From Burkholderiales bacterium (GTDB taxonomy: Bacteria; Pseudomonadota; Gammaproteobacteria; Burkholderiales; SG8-41), in the NCBI GenBank assembly GCA_046596405.1, contig JBKJMN010000094.1, positions 1 to 50,166 on the forward strand: a stretch of 50,166 nucleotides of DNA, read 5' to 3'. Below are positions 1-9,010 of the stretch, piece after piece; position 1 is the stretch's first letter; each line of letters opens with the position of its first letter. A program made the translations under genes and the position numbers. Below the pieces are notes generated by a model. The model was not told where the DNA came from. It did not search any database and saw nothing but the letters and a program-made list of their open reading frames with translations.

Positions 1-1468
1 GCTCCGGATCGCCCCAGATCGTGCGTATCATCGACGGCCACGGCCGCTTGATCACGAGAAAGCCGCCTTTGCCCTTTTCGACGTCGTGGCCCGCTTCGTC
101 GACGATCGCTGCCATGATGCCGGGCAGCGGCAGCGTGCACGAACCCGGTTTCGTGCTGACGACGCCGGGCAGCGGCGTAATCATGTGGCCGCCGGTTTCG
201 GTTTGCCACCAGGTGTCGACGATAGGGCAGCGTTTCTGGCCGACGGTTTCGTGGTACCACATCCACGCTTCCGGGTTGATCGGCTCGCCGACCGAACCTA
301 GGATGCGCAGCGAGCTCAGGTTCGACTGTTTCGGCAAGTCGCCGCCGGCTTTAATCAGTGAGCGAATCGCTGTCGGCGCCGTGTAGAAAACCGACACCTT
401 GTGCGCCTCGATCATTTTCCAGAAGCGCGCAGCATCGGGGTAGGTGGGCACGCCTTCGAAAATGATTTCGGTCGCGCCCACCGCGAGCGGTCCGTAGCAG
501 ACGTAGGTGTGGCCCGTGACCCAGCCGACGTCGGCCGTGCACCAGAACACGTCGCTCGCTTTGTAATCGAACGTCCATTTCATGGTGAGGATCGCGTGCA
601 GCAGGTAGCCGCCGGTAGAATGCTGAACGCCTTTGGGCTTGCCGGTTGATCCCGAGGTGTAAAGAATGAACAGCGGATGGTCGGCTTCGACCCATTCCGG
701 CTCGCAATCGGCGGCTTGCTTCTCAACGAGATCGTGCAGCCACACGTCGCGTTTGGCGTCCCACTGCACCTTACCGCCGGTGCGTTTGTAGACGATCACG
801 CTCTTGATCGACTCGCAGCCGCCGAGCGCCAACGCTTCGTCGACCGCGGATTTGAGCGCGATCGGTTTGCCGCCGCGCATTTGCTCGTCGGCAGTCAGCA
901 CCGCCACCGCGCCGGCGTCGATGATCCGCTCCTGCACGCTCTTCGCGGAAAAACCGCCGAACACCACCGAATGAATCGCGCCGATGCGCGCGCAAGCCTG
1001 CATTGCCACTACCGCTTCGACCGACATCGGCATGTAGATGAGCACGCGGTCGCTTTTCTTGACGCCGCGACTTTTCAGCCCGTTGGCCATCAGGCAGACG
1101 CGCCGGTGCAATTCCTGGTAGGTGATCCTGGCGACCTTGCCGTCGTCGGCCTCGAAGATGATCGCGATCTTGTCGGGCTGGCTCTTCAGATGGCGGTCGA
1201 GGCAGTTGTACGACGCGTTGACCGTGCCGTCGGCGAACCACTTGTAGAAGGGCGCATTCGACTCGTCCAGCGTTTGCGTGAACGGTTTGTGCCAAAGCAC
1301 GTTTTCGCGCGCCAGCCGGGCCCAGAAGCCGGTGAAGTCGCGGTCCGCCTCGGCGCAGAGCTTGGTGTAGGCGTCCATGCCCGAAATATTGGCCTGCTTG
1401 ACGAATTCTGCGCTGGGCGCAAAAGTCCGCGTTTCGTTTAACACCGATTCGATCGTCTGGGTCGCCAT
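1..1468 (-). CDS. acs: Acetyl-CoA synthetase (5' part; runs off the window start)
   Basis: Absent from the ORF track because it is truncated. Manual translation from the ATG at 1468 (GGAGGA SD upstream) gives [34 protein letters not shown]... It contains the AMP-binding motif [29 protein letters not shown] and [11 protein letters not shown]. Confidence 0.96.
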   Translation of the reverse strand, partial: MATQTIESVLNETRTFAPSAEFVKQANISGMDAYTKLCAEADRDFTGFWARLARENVLWHKPFTQTLDESNAPFYKWFADGTVNASYNCLDRHLKSQPDKIAIIFEADDGKVARITYQELHRRVCLMANGLKSRGVKKSDRVLIYMPMSVEAVVAMQACARIGAIHSVVFGGFSAKSVQERIIDAGAVAVLTADEQMRGGKPIALKSAVDEALALGGCESIKSVIVYKRTGGKVQWDAKRDVWLHDLVEKQAADCEPEWVEADHPLFILYTSGSTGKPKGVQHSTGGYLLHAILTMKWTFDYKASDVFWCTADVGWVTGHTYVCYGPLAVGATEIIFEGVPTYPDAARFWKMIEAHKVSVFYTAPTAIRSLIKAGGDLPKQSNLSSLRILGSVGEPINPEAWMWYHETVGQKRCPIVDTWWQTETGGHMITPLPGVVSTKPGSCTLPLPGIMAAIVDEAGHDVEKGKGGFLVIKRPWPSMIRTIWGDPE

Positions 1469-1520
1469 GCGTCCTCCATTGGTGCTGCAATGACCGCCGA
1501 TTTTAGTCGCAGCGTGCCTG

Positions 1521-1562
1521 CGGCGTAGGCGGTTGCGGGGCGCAGCCGCGCCGGTTTTTTTT
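1521..1562 (+). terminator. Intrinsic-terminator-like hairpin
   Basis: Stem GCGGTTGCG (1529-1537) / CGCAGCCGC (1541-1549), extendable by CGGC/GCCG, followed by T8 (1555-1562). No plus-strand gene directly precedes it. Confidence 0.4.
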
Positions 1563-1700
1563 GGTTTCTTGCCTGGAAAAATTGTATCACGGGCCATTTG
1601 CCCAATCAGGGCATTGCGGGGGCGAATCTGCGCTCGCCGTCAATCGCAACTACGGGCATAATGGCGGCTGGCCGCAAGTGCGTTTGCGGCAACGAACAAT

Positions 1701-1796
1701 GGCGGGCCCCCCCGCATTGCACGGTAGTGAACCTGGTCAGGTCCGGAAGGAAGCAGCCAAAGCTATTCTCTGCAAGTGCCGGGGATCAGGCTCGCC
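1701..1796 (+). ncRNA. ffs: Signal recognition particle RNA (4.5S, small bacterial SRP)
   Basis: Conserved domain IV core GGTCAGGTCCGGAAGGAAGCAGCC (1735-1758). Terminal helix GGCGGGCC...GGCTCGCC, followed by a T-rich tail. Lies upstream of dnaX, a common location. Confidence 0.95.
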
Positions 1797-1861
1797 ACCT
1801 TTTTCTTTTGCGATATCATAGTCATACGGCCGAATATTCGGCCAATGTCCAAGGATCTAAA

Positions 1862-2410
1862 GTGAAAAATGCCCAGTACCTGATTGCCGCGGCCGCGCTC
1901 GCGCTCAGTCCCGCAGTGCATGCCATCGATGGCGTTTCGATCGTTTACGGGCATTCGGATTCTTCGAACGTCAACGTGAATATGGGCCGCGTCGGTGTGC
2001 AATGGGACTGGAACAAGAAATTGGTCGAAATGGGCAACTGGCATCTGGGCGGTTACTGGGAGTCGGATGCCGGGTACTGGAGCAACCGCAGCAACGCCAG
2101 GACGCATTCCAAGATCCTCGACATCGGCTTCACGCCGGTTTTCCGCATCCAGCAGACGACGCTGTCGACGATTGCCCCTTACGTGGAAGCGGGCGTCGGC
2201 GTGCATTTTCTGTCGGCGACTTCTCTCAATGCGCAGCGCCAGTTCGGTAGCAGCTTCCAGTTCGGTGACCATGTCGGCGCCGGCGTGCGCTTTGGCGACA
2301 AGGGCAAGTATGACATCGGTTATCGCTACCAGCATTTCTCCAATGCCGGCATCAAGGGCCCGAACCAAGGCATCAATTACAACGAAGTGCGCCTGCAATA
2401 CCATTTCTAA
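1862..2410 (+). CDS. pagL: Acyloxyacyl hydrolase / lipid A 3-O-deacylase (PagL family outer-membrane beta-barrel)
   Basis: GTG start after AAGGA SD. Signal peptide (KNAQYLIAAAALALSPAVHA), amphipathic beta strands, PYVEAGVG, FQFGDHVGAG, catalytic-type YQHFSNAGIK..NQG, terminal Phe. Confidence 0.85.
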   Translation: MKNAQYLIAAAALALSPAVHAIDGVSIVYGHSDSSNVNVNMGRVGVQWDWNKKLVEMGNWHLGGYWESDAGYWSNRSNARTHSKILDIGFTPVFRIQQTTLSTIAPYVEAGVGVHFLSATSLNAQRQFGSSFQFGDHVGAGVRFGDKGKYDIGYRYQHFSNAGIKGPNQGINYNEVRLQYHF

Positions 2411-2488
2411 CGCGCAGCAGCGGCGGCGCGCGCCCGGCATGAAATCCGCATCGTCTTTTTACCCGGTCCGCGCCCAGCGCGTCGCCTC

Positions 2489-4069
2489 ATGAGTCGGCAG
2501 GCGCTTGCGCGCAAGTGGCGTCCCCGCACTTTCGCCGAATTGGTCGGACAAGAGCACGTCGTCAAAGCGCTGACCAACGCGCTTACCCAGCAGCGGCTGC
2601 ATCACGCGTACTTGTTCACCGGCACGCGCGGTGTAGGCAAGACTACGCTCGCGCGCATTATCGCAAAAGCCTTGAATTGCGAAACCGGAATAACCGCGAC
2701 TCCGTGCGGCAAGTGCGCCGCGTGTGTGGAGATCGATGCCGGCCGGTTCGTCGATCTGATCGAACTCGATGCGGCATCGAATACCCAGGTTGACAACATG
2801 CGCGACCTGCTCGAAAACGCGCTCTACGCGCCGACCAGCGCGCGCTTCAAGGTCTACATCATCGACGAAGTGCACATGCTGTCGCGCAGCGCTTTTAATG
2901 CGATGCTGAAGACTCTCGAAGAGCCGCCGAGCCACGTCAAATTCATCCTCGCGACCACCGATCCGCAGAAAATTCCGGTCACCGTGCTGTCGCGCTGCCT
3001 GCAATTCAATTTGAAGCAGATTCCGCAGGCGCAGATCAAGGCGCAGCTCACAAAAATCCTTGCACTCGAAGAGGTCGTTGGCGACGACGAGGCGTTGACC
3101 TTGCTCGCGCGCGCGGCCCACGGCAGTATGCGCGACAGTCTGAGTCTGCTCGACCAGGCGATCGCGCACGGCGGCGGGCGCGTCGAGCATCAATCGGTGC
3201 GCGCGATGCTTGGCAGCGTCGAGCAGGAATACCTGCGCGATATTTTGCACGCGCTGCAGGAGCACGACGGCGCCGCGTTGATCGCGGTGGCCGACCGGAT
3301 GGCCGAGCGCAGCCTGTCGTTTGAAATTGCATTGCAGGATCTGGCAACGCTATTGCACCGCGTGGCCTTGGCGCAAACGGTGCCGCAGGCGATATCCGCC
3401 GACGATCCCGACCACGCTTCGATCATGCAACTGGCGGACGCGTTCGGCGCGGAGGAAATTCAGCTCCTGTACCAGATTGCCGTCACCGGCCGGCAGGATC
3501 TGGGCCTGGCACCCGACGAGTATGCGGGCTTTACCATGGCGCTCATGCGCATGCTGGCTTTCATGCCGGCGGCGGATGCGGCGGCCCGCCCGGTTGCAGC
3601 GGCTACGGCCCGCGCCGCCACGGGCCCTATTGCCCCGCCCAAGGCTGCTGCGGCCGCGACGGCGACCTCCGAGCTAAAAAAAAAGCCGTTTGACGGCGAC
3701 TGGATTGCTCTGATCAACCGCCTGCCGCTCGCCGGAATGGAGCGCATGCTCGCGCACAACTGCGAACTCATAGACTGGCAGGACGGTCATATCCAGTTGC
3801 GCGTGCCGCATGCGCAGCGTCACCTGAACGATCGCGCTTACCAGGATCGGCTCAAGCTCGCGCTCGAGCAGCATCTGGGCTCCAGGCTCAAGCTGGAGAT
3901 CGCAATTGGTCCGATCAGTGGCACCACAATAGCGGAAATTCGCGACCGCGATAACGAGCAAAAACTCACTACCGCGGCGGCGGCTATCGACGGCGACCCG
4001 TTCGTGCGCGATCTGATCGATAATTTCGGTGCGCACGTCGTGCCATCGACCATCAAACCGTTGCAATAA
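2489..4069 (+). CDS. dnaX: DNA polymerase III subunit gamma/tau
   Basis: ALARKWRP, Walker [10 protein letters not shown], Zn cluster [19 protein letters not shown] motif. Confidence 0.98.
   Translation: MSRQALARKWRPRTFAELVGQEHVVKALTNALTQQRLHHAYLFTGTRGVGKTTLARIIAKALNCETGITATPCGKCAACVEIDAGRFVDLIELDAASNTQVDNMRDLLENALYAPTSARFKVYIIDEVHMLSRSAFNAMLKTLEEPPSHVKFILATTDPQKIPVTVLSRCLQFNLKQIPQAQIKAQLTKILALEEVVGDDEALTLLARAAHGSMRDSLSLLDQAIAHGGGRVEHQSVRAMLGSVEQEYLRDILHALQEHDGAALIAVADRMAERSLSFEIALQDLATLLHRVALAQTVPQAISADDPDHASIMQLADAFGAEEIQLLYQIAVTGRQDLGLAPDEYAGFTMALMRMLAFMPAADAAARPVAAATARAATGPIAPPKAAAAATATSELKKKPFDGDWIALINRLPLAGMERMLAHNCELIDWQDGHIQLRVPHAQRHLNDRAYQDRLKLALEQHLGSRLKLEIAIGPISGTTIAEIRDRDNEQKLTTAAAAIDGDPFVRDLIDNFGAHVVPSTIKPLQ
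3676..3697 (+). other. Candidate recoding site in dnaX (A9 run, A_AAA_AAG, -1 stop)
   Basis: A9 at 3676-3684. The -1 frame reads GCC GTT TGA (stop 3691-3693). Mini-hairpin GCCGT-TTG-ACGGC. Confidence 0.7.
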
Positions 4070-4079
4070 GGAGCTGAAG

Positions 4080-4406
4080 ATGATGAAAGGTGGTCTGGCG
4101 GGGCTCATGAAGCAGGCCCAGCAAATGCAGGAGAACATGAAGCGCATGCAGGACGAGCTCGCGACCATCGAGGTCGAAGGCCAATCCGGCGCGGGGATGG
4201 TGAAGGTGACGATGACCTGCCGGCACGACGTGAAGCGCGTGGCGATCGACGACAGCTTGTTGAAAGACGACAAGGACATGCTCGAAGACCTGATCGCGGC
4301 GGCGATGAACGACGCGGTGCGCCGTGCCGAGTCGACGACCCAGGAGAAAATGGGCGGCATGACGGCGGGCATGGGACTGCCGCCGGGGATAAAGCTGCCG
4401 TTTTGA
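4080..4406 (+). CDS. ybaB: YbaB/EbfC family nucleoid-associated protein
   Basis: [38 protein letters not shown]; AAGGAG SD; dnaX-ybaB-recR synteny. Confidence 0.95.
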   Translation: MMKGGLAGLMKQAQQMQENMKRMQDELATIEVEGQSGAGMVKVTMTCRHDVKRVAIDDSLLKDDKDMLEDLIAAAMNDAVRRAESTTQEKMGGMTAGMGLPPGIKLPF

Positions 4407-4485
4407 GGGTGAGGATGAAAGCAGCAGTGTGCACGATGAATAAGCCCGCTGGCCCGGTGCGGCCGGCCTCCTTGGCTTTTCGCCT

Positions 4486-5094
4486 GTGAAAAATCCCTCG
4501 AGCCTCGAAGAATTGATCGAGGCGTTGCGCTGCCTGCCCGGTGTCGGTCCCAAATCGGCGCAGCGCATGGCCTATCATCTGCTGCAGCGCGACCATAGCG
4601 GCGCCGCGCGCCTTGGCACGGCGCTCGGGCGCTCGCTCGAGCTGATCAAGCACTGCGAGCGTTGCAATACCTTCACCGAAGAGCAGATCTGCGGACTGTG
4701 CCGGTCGCCGCGGCGCGACTCACGCATGCTGTGCGTCGTCGAAACGCCCGCCGACATGCTGATGATGGAGCAGGCGGAGTGTTATCAGGGCCTGTATTTC
4801 GTGTTGATGGGCAGGCTTTCGCCACTCGACGGTGTCGGGCCGAAGGACATCCATCTGGACCGGCTAATCAAACGCGCCGATGACGGCGTGGTGCGCGAAG
4901 TGATCGTCGCGACCAACTTTACGATGGAGGGCGAGGCGACAGCGCACTATGTCGCGGAACTGCTGCTCGCGCGCGATCTCAAGGTAAGCCGGATCGCGCG
5001 CGGCCTGCCGGTCGGCGGCGAACTCGAGCATGTCGACAGCGGCACTCTCGCGCAAGCGGTGATCGAACGCCGCTCGATCGCAGCCGCGCCATGA
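4486..5094 (+). CDS. recR: Recombination mediator RecR
   Basis: Hh[13 protein letters not shown]4 zinc finger (CERC...CGLC), Toprim ([22 protein letters not shown]). Confidence 0.97.
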   Translation: MKNPSSLEELIEALRCLPGVGPKSAQRMAYHLLQRDHSGAARLGTALGRSLELIKHCERCNTFTEEQICGLCRSPRRDSRMLCVVETPADMLMMEQAECYQGLYFVLMGRLSPLDGVGPKDIHLDRLIKRADDGVVREVIVATNFTMEGEATAHYVAELLLARDLKVSRIARGLPVGGELEHVDSGTLAQAVIERRSIAAAP

Positions 5095-6071
5095 AGCGCG
5101 CGCCTAAACCGGAGCGTCAGGCCCGGTCCGGCAATCGCGCGGATACCCGGCAGCGCGCGCCTAAACCGGAGCGTCAGGCCCGGCCCGGCAATCGCGCGGA
5201 TACCCGGCAGCGCGCGCCCGCGCCGCGCGGCGGCCGCGGCAGGCCGGCTGCCGCCGCCGACGAGCCCACGCAAAAGCTGCAAAAAATTCTCGCGCAATCC
5301 GGCCTCGGCTCGCGGCGCGATATGGAAGTGCTGATCAGCGGCGGGCGGGTGACCGTCAACGGCGCGATCGCCACCATCGGCGCGCGCGTCGGCCCGACCG
5401 ACCAGATCAAAGTATCCGGCCGCATCGTGCGCGCGCACGCCGCAACGCGACTGCCGCGCGTGCTTTTGTATCACAAGCCGGAGGGCGAGATTGCGAGCCG
5501 CGACGATCCGCGCGGCCGGCCCAGTGTTTTCGCGGGCCTGCCAGCGCTGTCCGGTGCGAAGTGGATTTCGATCGGCCGGCTCGATTTCAACACCTGCGGC
5601 CTCTTGATGTTCACCACATCCGGGGAGCTGGCGAACCGGATGATGCACCCGCGGTTCGAAATCGAGCGCGAATACGCAGTCCGGGTGATGGCCAAGCTCA
5701 CGCAGGAGCACGTGCAGCAGTTGATGCAGGGCGTAGAACTCGACGACGGCGTGGCGACCTGCGAGCGTGTCGATTTGCGCGGCGGCGAAGGCGCGAACAC
5801 GTGGTGCCACGTCGTGCTGAAGGAAGGCCGCAATCGCGTGGTGCGCCGCCTCTTTGAAAAACTCGGATTCGTCGTGAGCCGGCTGATGCGCGTGCGCTAC
5901 GGACCGGTCGAACTGCCGTCGCGCGTAAAAAGAAACCAGTATTACGAGCTTACCGGCGACGAGACGCGGCGACTGCTCGACTGGCTCGACGCTGCGCAGG
6001 CGCCAGCGGCTGCTTCGGAGGCAGCGCCGGCAGCGCCACCACACCCGCCAGTTCGGCGCGCCCGAGAATAA
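5091..6071 (+). CDS. rluB: 23S rRNA pseudouridine synthase, RluB-like (S4 + RsuA family)
   Basis: [15 protein letters not shown] (S4), YHKPEGE, GRLDFNT catalytic motif, [18 protein letters not shown]. Has a low-complexity N-terminal extension. ATGA overlap with recR. Confidence 0.88.
   Translation: MKRAPKPERQARSGNRADTRQRAPKPERQARPGNRADTRQRAPAPRGGRGRPAAAADEPTQKLQKILAQSGLGSRRDMEVLISGGRVTVNGAIATIGARVGPTDQIKVSGRIVRAHAATRLPRVLLYHKPEGEIASRDDPRGRPSVFAGLPALSGAKWISIGRLDFNTCGLLMFTTSGELANRMMHPRFEIEREYAVRVMAKLTQEHVQQLMQGVELDDGVATCERVDLRGGEGANTWCHVVLKEGRNRVVRRLFEKLGFVVSRLMRVRYGPVELPSRVKRNQYYELTGDETRRLLDWLDAAQAPAAASEAAPAAPPHPPVRRARE
5095..5218 (+). repeat. 57-bp in-frame tandem duplication (2 copies + 10 bp)
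   Basis: 5095-5151 and 5152-5208 differ at one base (T5127/C5184); they encode [10 protein letters not shown][S/P]GNRADTRQ twice. Confidence 0.95.
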
Positions 6072-6921
6072 AGACGCAATCGTCGCCGCCACTCGTCTGC
6101 GGCCAGACGAAAGGATGGTGCGCAAATGCGGCCTCCACGCGGTCCCGGTGGTGCCCGACTTCGACGACCAGCAATCCATTTTCGGTCAGATGCGCGGCAG
6201 CCTCGCGCAATATCACACGAATCGCGGCCAGTCCGTCTGCGCCACTGGCGAGCGCCAGCGCTGGTTCGTGCCGGTATTCGCGCGGGAGCTTGCGCATCGT
6301 GTCCGCGCTCACGTACGGCGGGTTGGCGATGATCAGGTCGTAGCGCTCGCCGCGAACCGCGGCAAACATATCGGAGTGCAGCACGCGGATGCGGGATCGC
6401 AGGCGATAAGCCGTGACGTTGCGGCGGGCGACGGCAAGCGCGCGGCGGTCGATATCGACGGCGTCGACCTGGGCGCCGGTGAAGGTGCGCGCAAGCACGA
6501 TTGCGAGACATCCCGAGCCGGTGCACAGATCGAGCGCGCGGTGGACCCGCCGGCGCGGCGGCAGCCACGGCGCGATGCGCTCGCGCACCAGCTCCGCAAT
6601 GAAAGAGCGCGGCACTATCACCCTTTCGTCGACGTAAAACCGGTCCTCGCCCAGCCACGCTTCGCGGGTTAGATAGGCGGCCGGCACGCGGCGGCGAATA
6701 CGCTCGCCGATAAGCGCCGCTGCGCGTGCGCGGGCGCGCGGCGGTACGGCGAGATCGAGGACAGACGTCAGCCGGCGAGGCGGCAGCTTCAATGCGTGGA
6801 GCACCAGATAGACCGCTTCATCCCAGGGACCGGGAATGCCGTGCCCGTACGCGAGCCGCGCGCGCGTAAGGCGCGCGCTGGCATCTTCAATCAGGGTACG
6901 GACGGTGAGGGGCGGAGACAT
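5950..6921 (-). CDS. prmB: 50S ribosomal protein L3 N5-glutamine methyltransferase
   Basis: AYGHG...WDEA, RVPAAYLT, FYVDERVIVPRSFIAEL, LDLCTGSGCLA, NPPY, EYRHEP.LALA.G.DG. Confidence 0.93.
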   Translation of the reverse strand: MSPPLTVRTLIEDASARLTRARLAYGHGIPGPWDEAVYLVLHALKLPPRRLTSVLDLAVPPRARARAAALIGERIRRRVPAAYLTREAWLGEDRFYVDERVIVPRSFIAELVRERIAPWLPPRRRVHRALDLCTGSGCLAIVLARTFTGAQVDAVDIDRRALAVARRNVTAYRLRSRIRVLHSDMFAAVRGERYDLIIANPPYVSADTMRKLPREYRHEPALALASGADGLAAIRVILREAAAHLTENGLLVVEVGHHRDRVEAAFAHHPFVWPQTSGGDDCVFILGRAELAGVVALPALPPKQPLAPAQRRASRAVAASRRR

Positions 6922-6949
6922 CGGGCGGCGCGCGCGCCGCGGGAGCGGC

Positions 6950-8119
6950 CTAGACCATGTCGAGATTGAGCTTGATGCTGCTCAAATCGTCGCCTTGGCT
7001 GGTGTTGGTGCGCGTGCCGGATCGCATGTCTTCCTGGCTCGGCGCCGGATCCGTGGCGATTTTGCCGGTGTTGTTGATCAACCAGTGCAGGTTGGTCGGC
7101 GAATCCGAATGGGCCAGCGCATTTTCGAGGGAAATCTGACCGTTCGCATAAAGGTTGAACAGCGACTGCTCGAAAGTCTGGCTTCCGGGCGCGAGGCTTT
7201 GCTCCATCGCGTCCTTGATCTCGCCCATCGCGCCGTTCTTGATCAGCTCGGATATGTGCGCGGTGTTGAGCAGGACCTCGACCGCGGGAATGCGGCCGCC
7301 GTTCGTGCCGCGCACCAAACGCTGCGACAGAATGCAGCGCAGGCTGATCGCGAGATCGGCGAGCAGCGCCTCGCGCGCTTCGCGCGGGAAGAAATTGATG
7401 ATGCGGTTCAGCGCGTGATAGCTGTTGTTCGCGTGCAGCGTCGACAGGCACAGGTGGCCGGTCTGCGCGAAGAGCAGGGCGCTTTGCAGCGTCGGTTGGT
7501 CGCGGATTTCGCCGATCATCAGCAGATCCGGCGCCTCGCGCATGGCGCTGATCAGCGCGCTGTTATACGAACGCGTATCCATGCCGACTTCGCGCTGGTT
7601 GACGATCGACTTCTTGTGCTTGTAGACGAATTCCATCGGATCTTCGATCGTCAGGATATGGCCGGTGCGCGTGCTGTTGCGGTAATCGATCATCGCCGCC
7701 ATCGACGTCGATTTGCCCGACCCGGTCGAGCCGACGATCAGAACCATGCCGAGCTTCTCCATCACGAGGTCCTTGACGATCGGCGGCAGCTTCAGTTCCT
7801 CGACGGTCGGGATGTTCGGCTTGATAAAACGGATGACCATCGCGACCGCGCCGCGCTGGCGGAAGACATTGAGACGGAAGCTCCCAAGATTGGAGCGGCC
7901 GACCGCGAAATTCATCTCGAGCGTTTTTTCGTATTCTTCGATCTGCTGCTCGGACATCACCTCGTAGGCAATTTTCTTGACCCCCGCCGGATCGAGCACC
8001 TGGGCGTTGACCGGCATCACGACGCCGTTGATCTTGATCTGAATCGGCGCGCCGGCGGTGAAAAACATGTCCGACGCCTGCTTTTCAGCCATCAGCTTGA
8101 ACAAGGGGTCGAGGAACAT
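6950..8119 (-). CDS. PilT/PilU family type IV pilus ATPase (PilU-like)
   Basis: ASDMFFTAGAP, Walker A GSTGSGKST, TIEDPMEF, QREVG.DT, Walker B LMIGEIRD, His box GHLCLSTLHANN. Lacks the PilT AIRNLIRE motif. Confidence 0.92.
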   Translation of the reverse strand: MFLDPLFKLMAEKQASDMFFTAGAPIQIKINGVVMPVNAQVLDPAGVKKIAYEVMSEQQIEEYEKTLEMNFAVGRSNLGSFRLNVFRQRGAVAMVIRFIKPNIPTVEELKLPPIVKDLVMEKLGMVLIVGSTGSGKSTSMAAMIDYRNSTRTGHILTIEDPMEFVYKHKKSIVNQREVGMDTRSYNSALISAMREAPDLLMIGEIRDQPTLQSALLFAQTGHLCLSTLHANNSYHALNRIINFFPREAREALLADLAISLRCILSQRLVRGTNGGRIPAVEVLLNTAHISELIKNGAMGEIKDAMEQSLAPGSQTFEQSLFNLYANGQISLENALAHSDSPTNLHWLINNTGKIATDPAPSQEDMRSGTRTNTSQGDDLSSIKLNLDMV

Positions 8120-8131
8120 GGTCGTCTCCGG

Positions 8132-8926
8132 TCAGCGCTTGAGGAGAGATTTGAGATTGCTCATGAGGCTTTTCCCGGCGTCGCCGGCGCTCTCGGCGGG
8201 CGGAGGTTCGGGTTCCGGCGGCGCCGTAGTGTCGAGGCGGGGGGCGCGCGCGTTGGTCGTCGCCATGGCCTGCTGGCGCCGGCCCGTGGTGCGGAAGTTG
8301 TTGGGCTTGGCGATGATGACTTTGCCGAGTTCCTCAAGCACTTCGCGACCGAATTCGTCGAAATCGTAAATGTAGACGTATTCGCCGAGCTTTTCGAGAT
8401 TCTTGGTGACGATCTTGATTTGCGCGTTTTCCAGATCGCCGCTGATCGTGATCGAGACCGGCACTTCGGACTTCACCGTGAAGATGCCGCGCTCGACGTA
8501 GCCGCGCTCATTGCGCACTTCGTTGACGTCGAATTTGAGCGCATGCGTCCACAGATGGTCGCGCAGCCGGTGGACCATGGGATCGGACTGCTTTTCGATC
8601 GTTATCTGCCCTTGCCCGACGCAGCGAAAGCGCAGCACGATCGCTTCAATGTAATCGTGATGGTCGACCGTGAGCCGGCGCCCGTTGCAGTTGTAGTCGC
8701 ATTGCAGCAGGTTTTCGAGCTTGGTGACGCCGCCTTCGAGATAGTAGTAGCGCGGCACTACCGGTTTGATGACGTTGAGGGAGTTAAAAAGATCGACCAG
8801 ATAATGCAGGCCGTCTTTTAGCTTGGCATGCGCCAGCAGCAGGTTTTGATTTAGTTCAGCTTGCGTGACCTGCTGCTTCTGGCGCAGCGAATCCGCCTGC
8901 TGCTTGAGGTCGTCAAGTAAGCCCAT
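8132..8926 (-). CDS. Hypothetical protein (N-terminal coiled coil, Pro-rich linker, C-terminal amphipathic tail)
   Basis: 264-aa ORF with protein-like composition and an AGGGA SD before ATG 8926 (GTG 8929 is an alternative). It fills the gap between dapD and the PilU gene. No family recognised. Confidence 0.8.
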   Translation of the reverse strand: MGLLDDLKQQADSLRQKQQVTQAELNQNLLLAHAKLKDGLHYLVDLFNSLNVIKPVVPRYYYLEGGVTKLENLLQCDYNCNGRRLTVDHHDYIEAIVLRFRCVGQGQITIEKQSDPMVHRLRDHLWTHALKFDVNEVRNERGYVERGIFTVKSEVPVSITISGDLENAQIKIVTKNLEKLGEYVYIYDFDEFGREVLEELGKVIIAKPNNFRTTGRRQQAMATTNARAPRLDTTAPPEPEPPPAESAGDAGKSLMSNLKSLLKR

Positions 8927-9010
8927 CACATCCCTGTTCTGCGGCTCGATGAAAAGACTATTTTGCCAATTTTTGAAGGGCTTGGGAAGTTATTTGAATC
9001 CCGGGCACAC

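Noticed and set aside
21-1490. Short ORFs listed in the first 1.5 kb
   Set aside because: All are alternative-frame or antisense products of the truncated acs gene.
1598-1861. N-terminal extension of the 270-aa ORF 1598..2410
   Set aside because: Overlaps the SRP RNA; the SD and signal peptide place the real start at GTG 1862.
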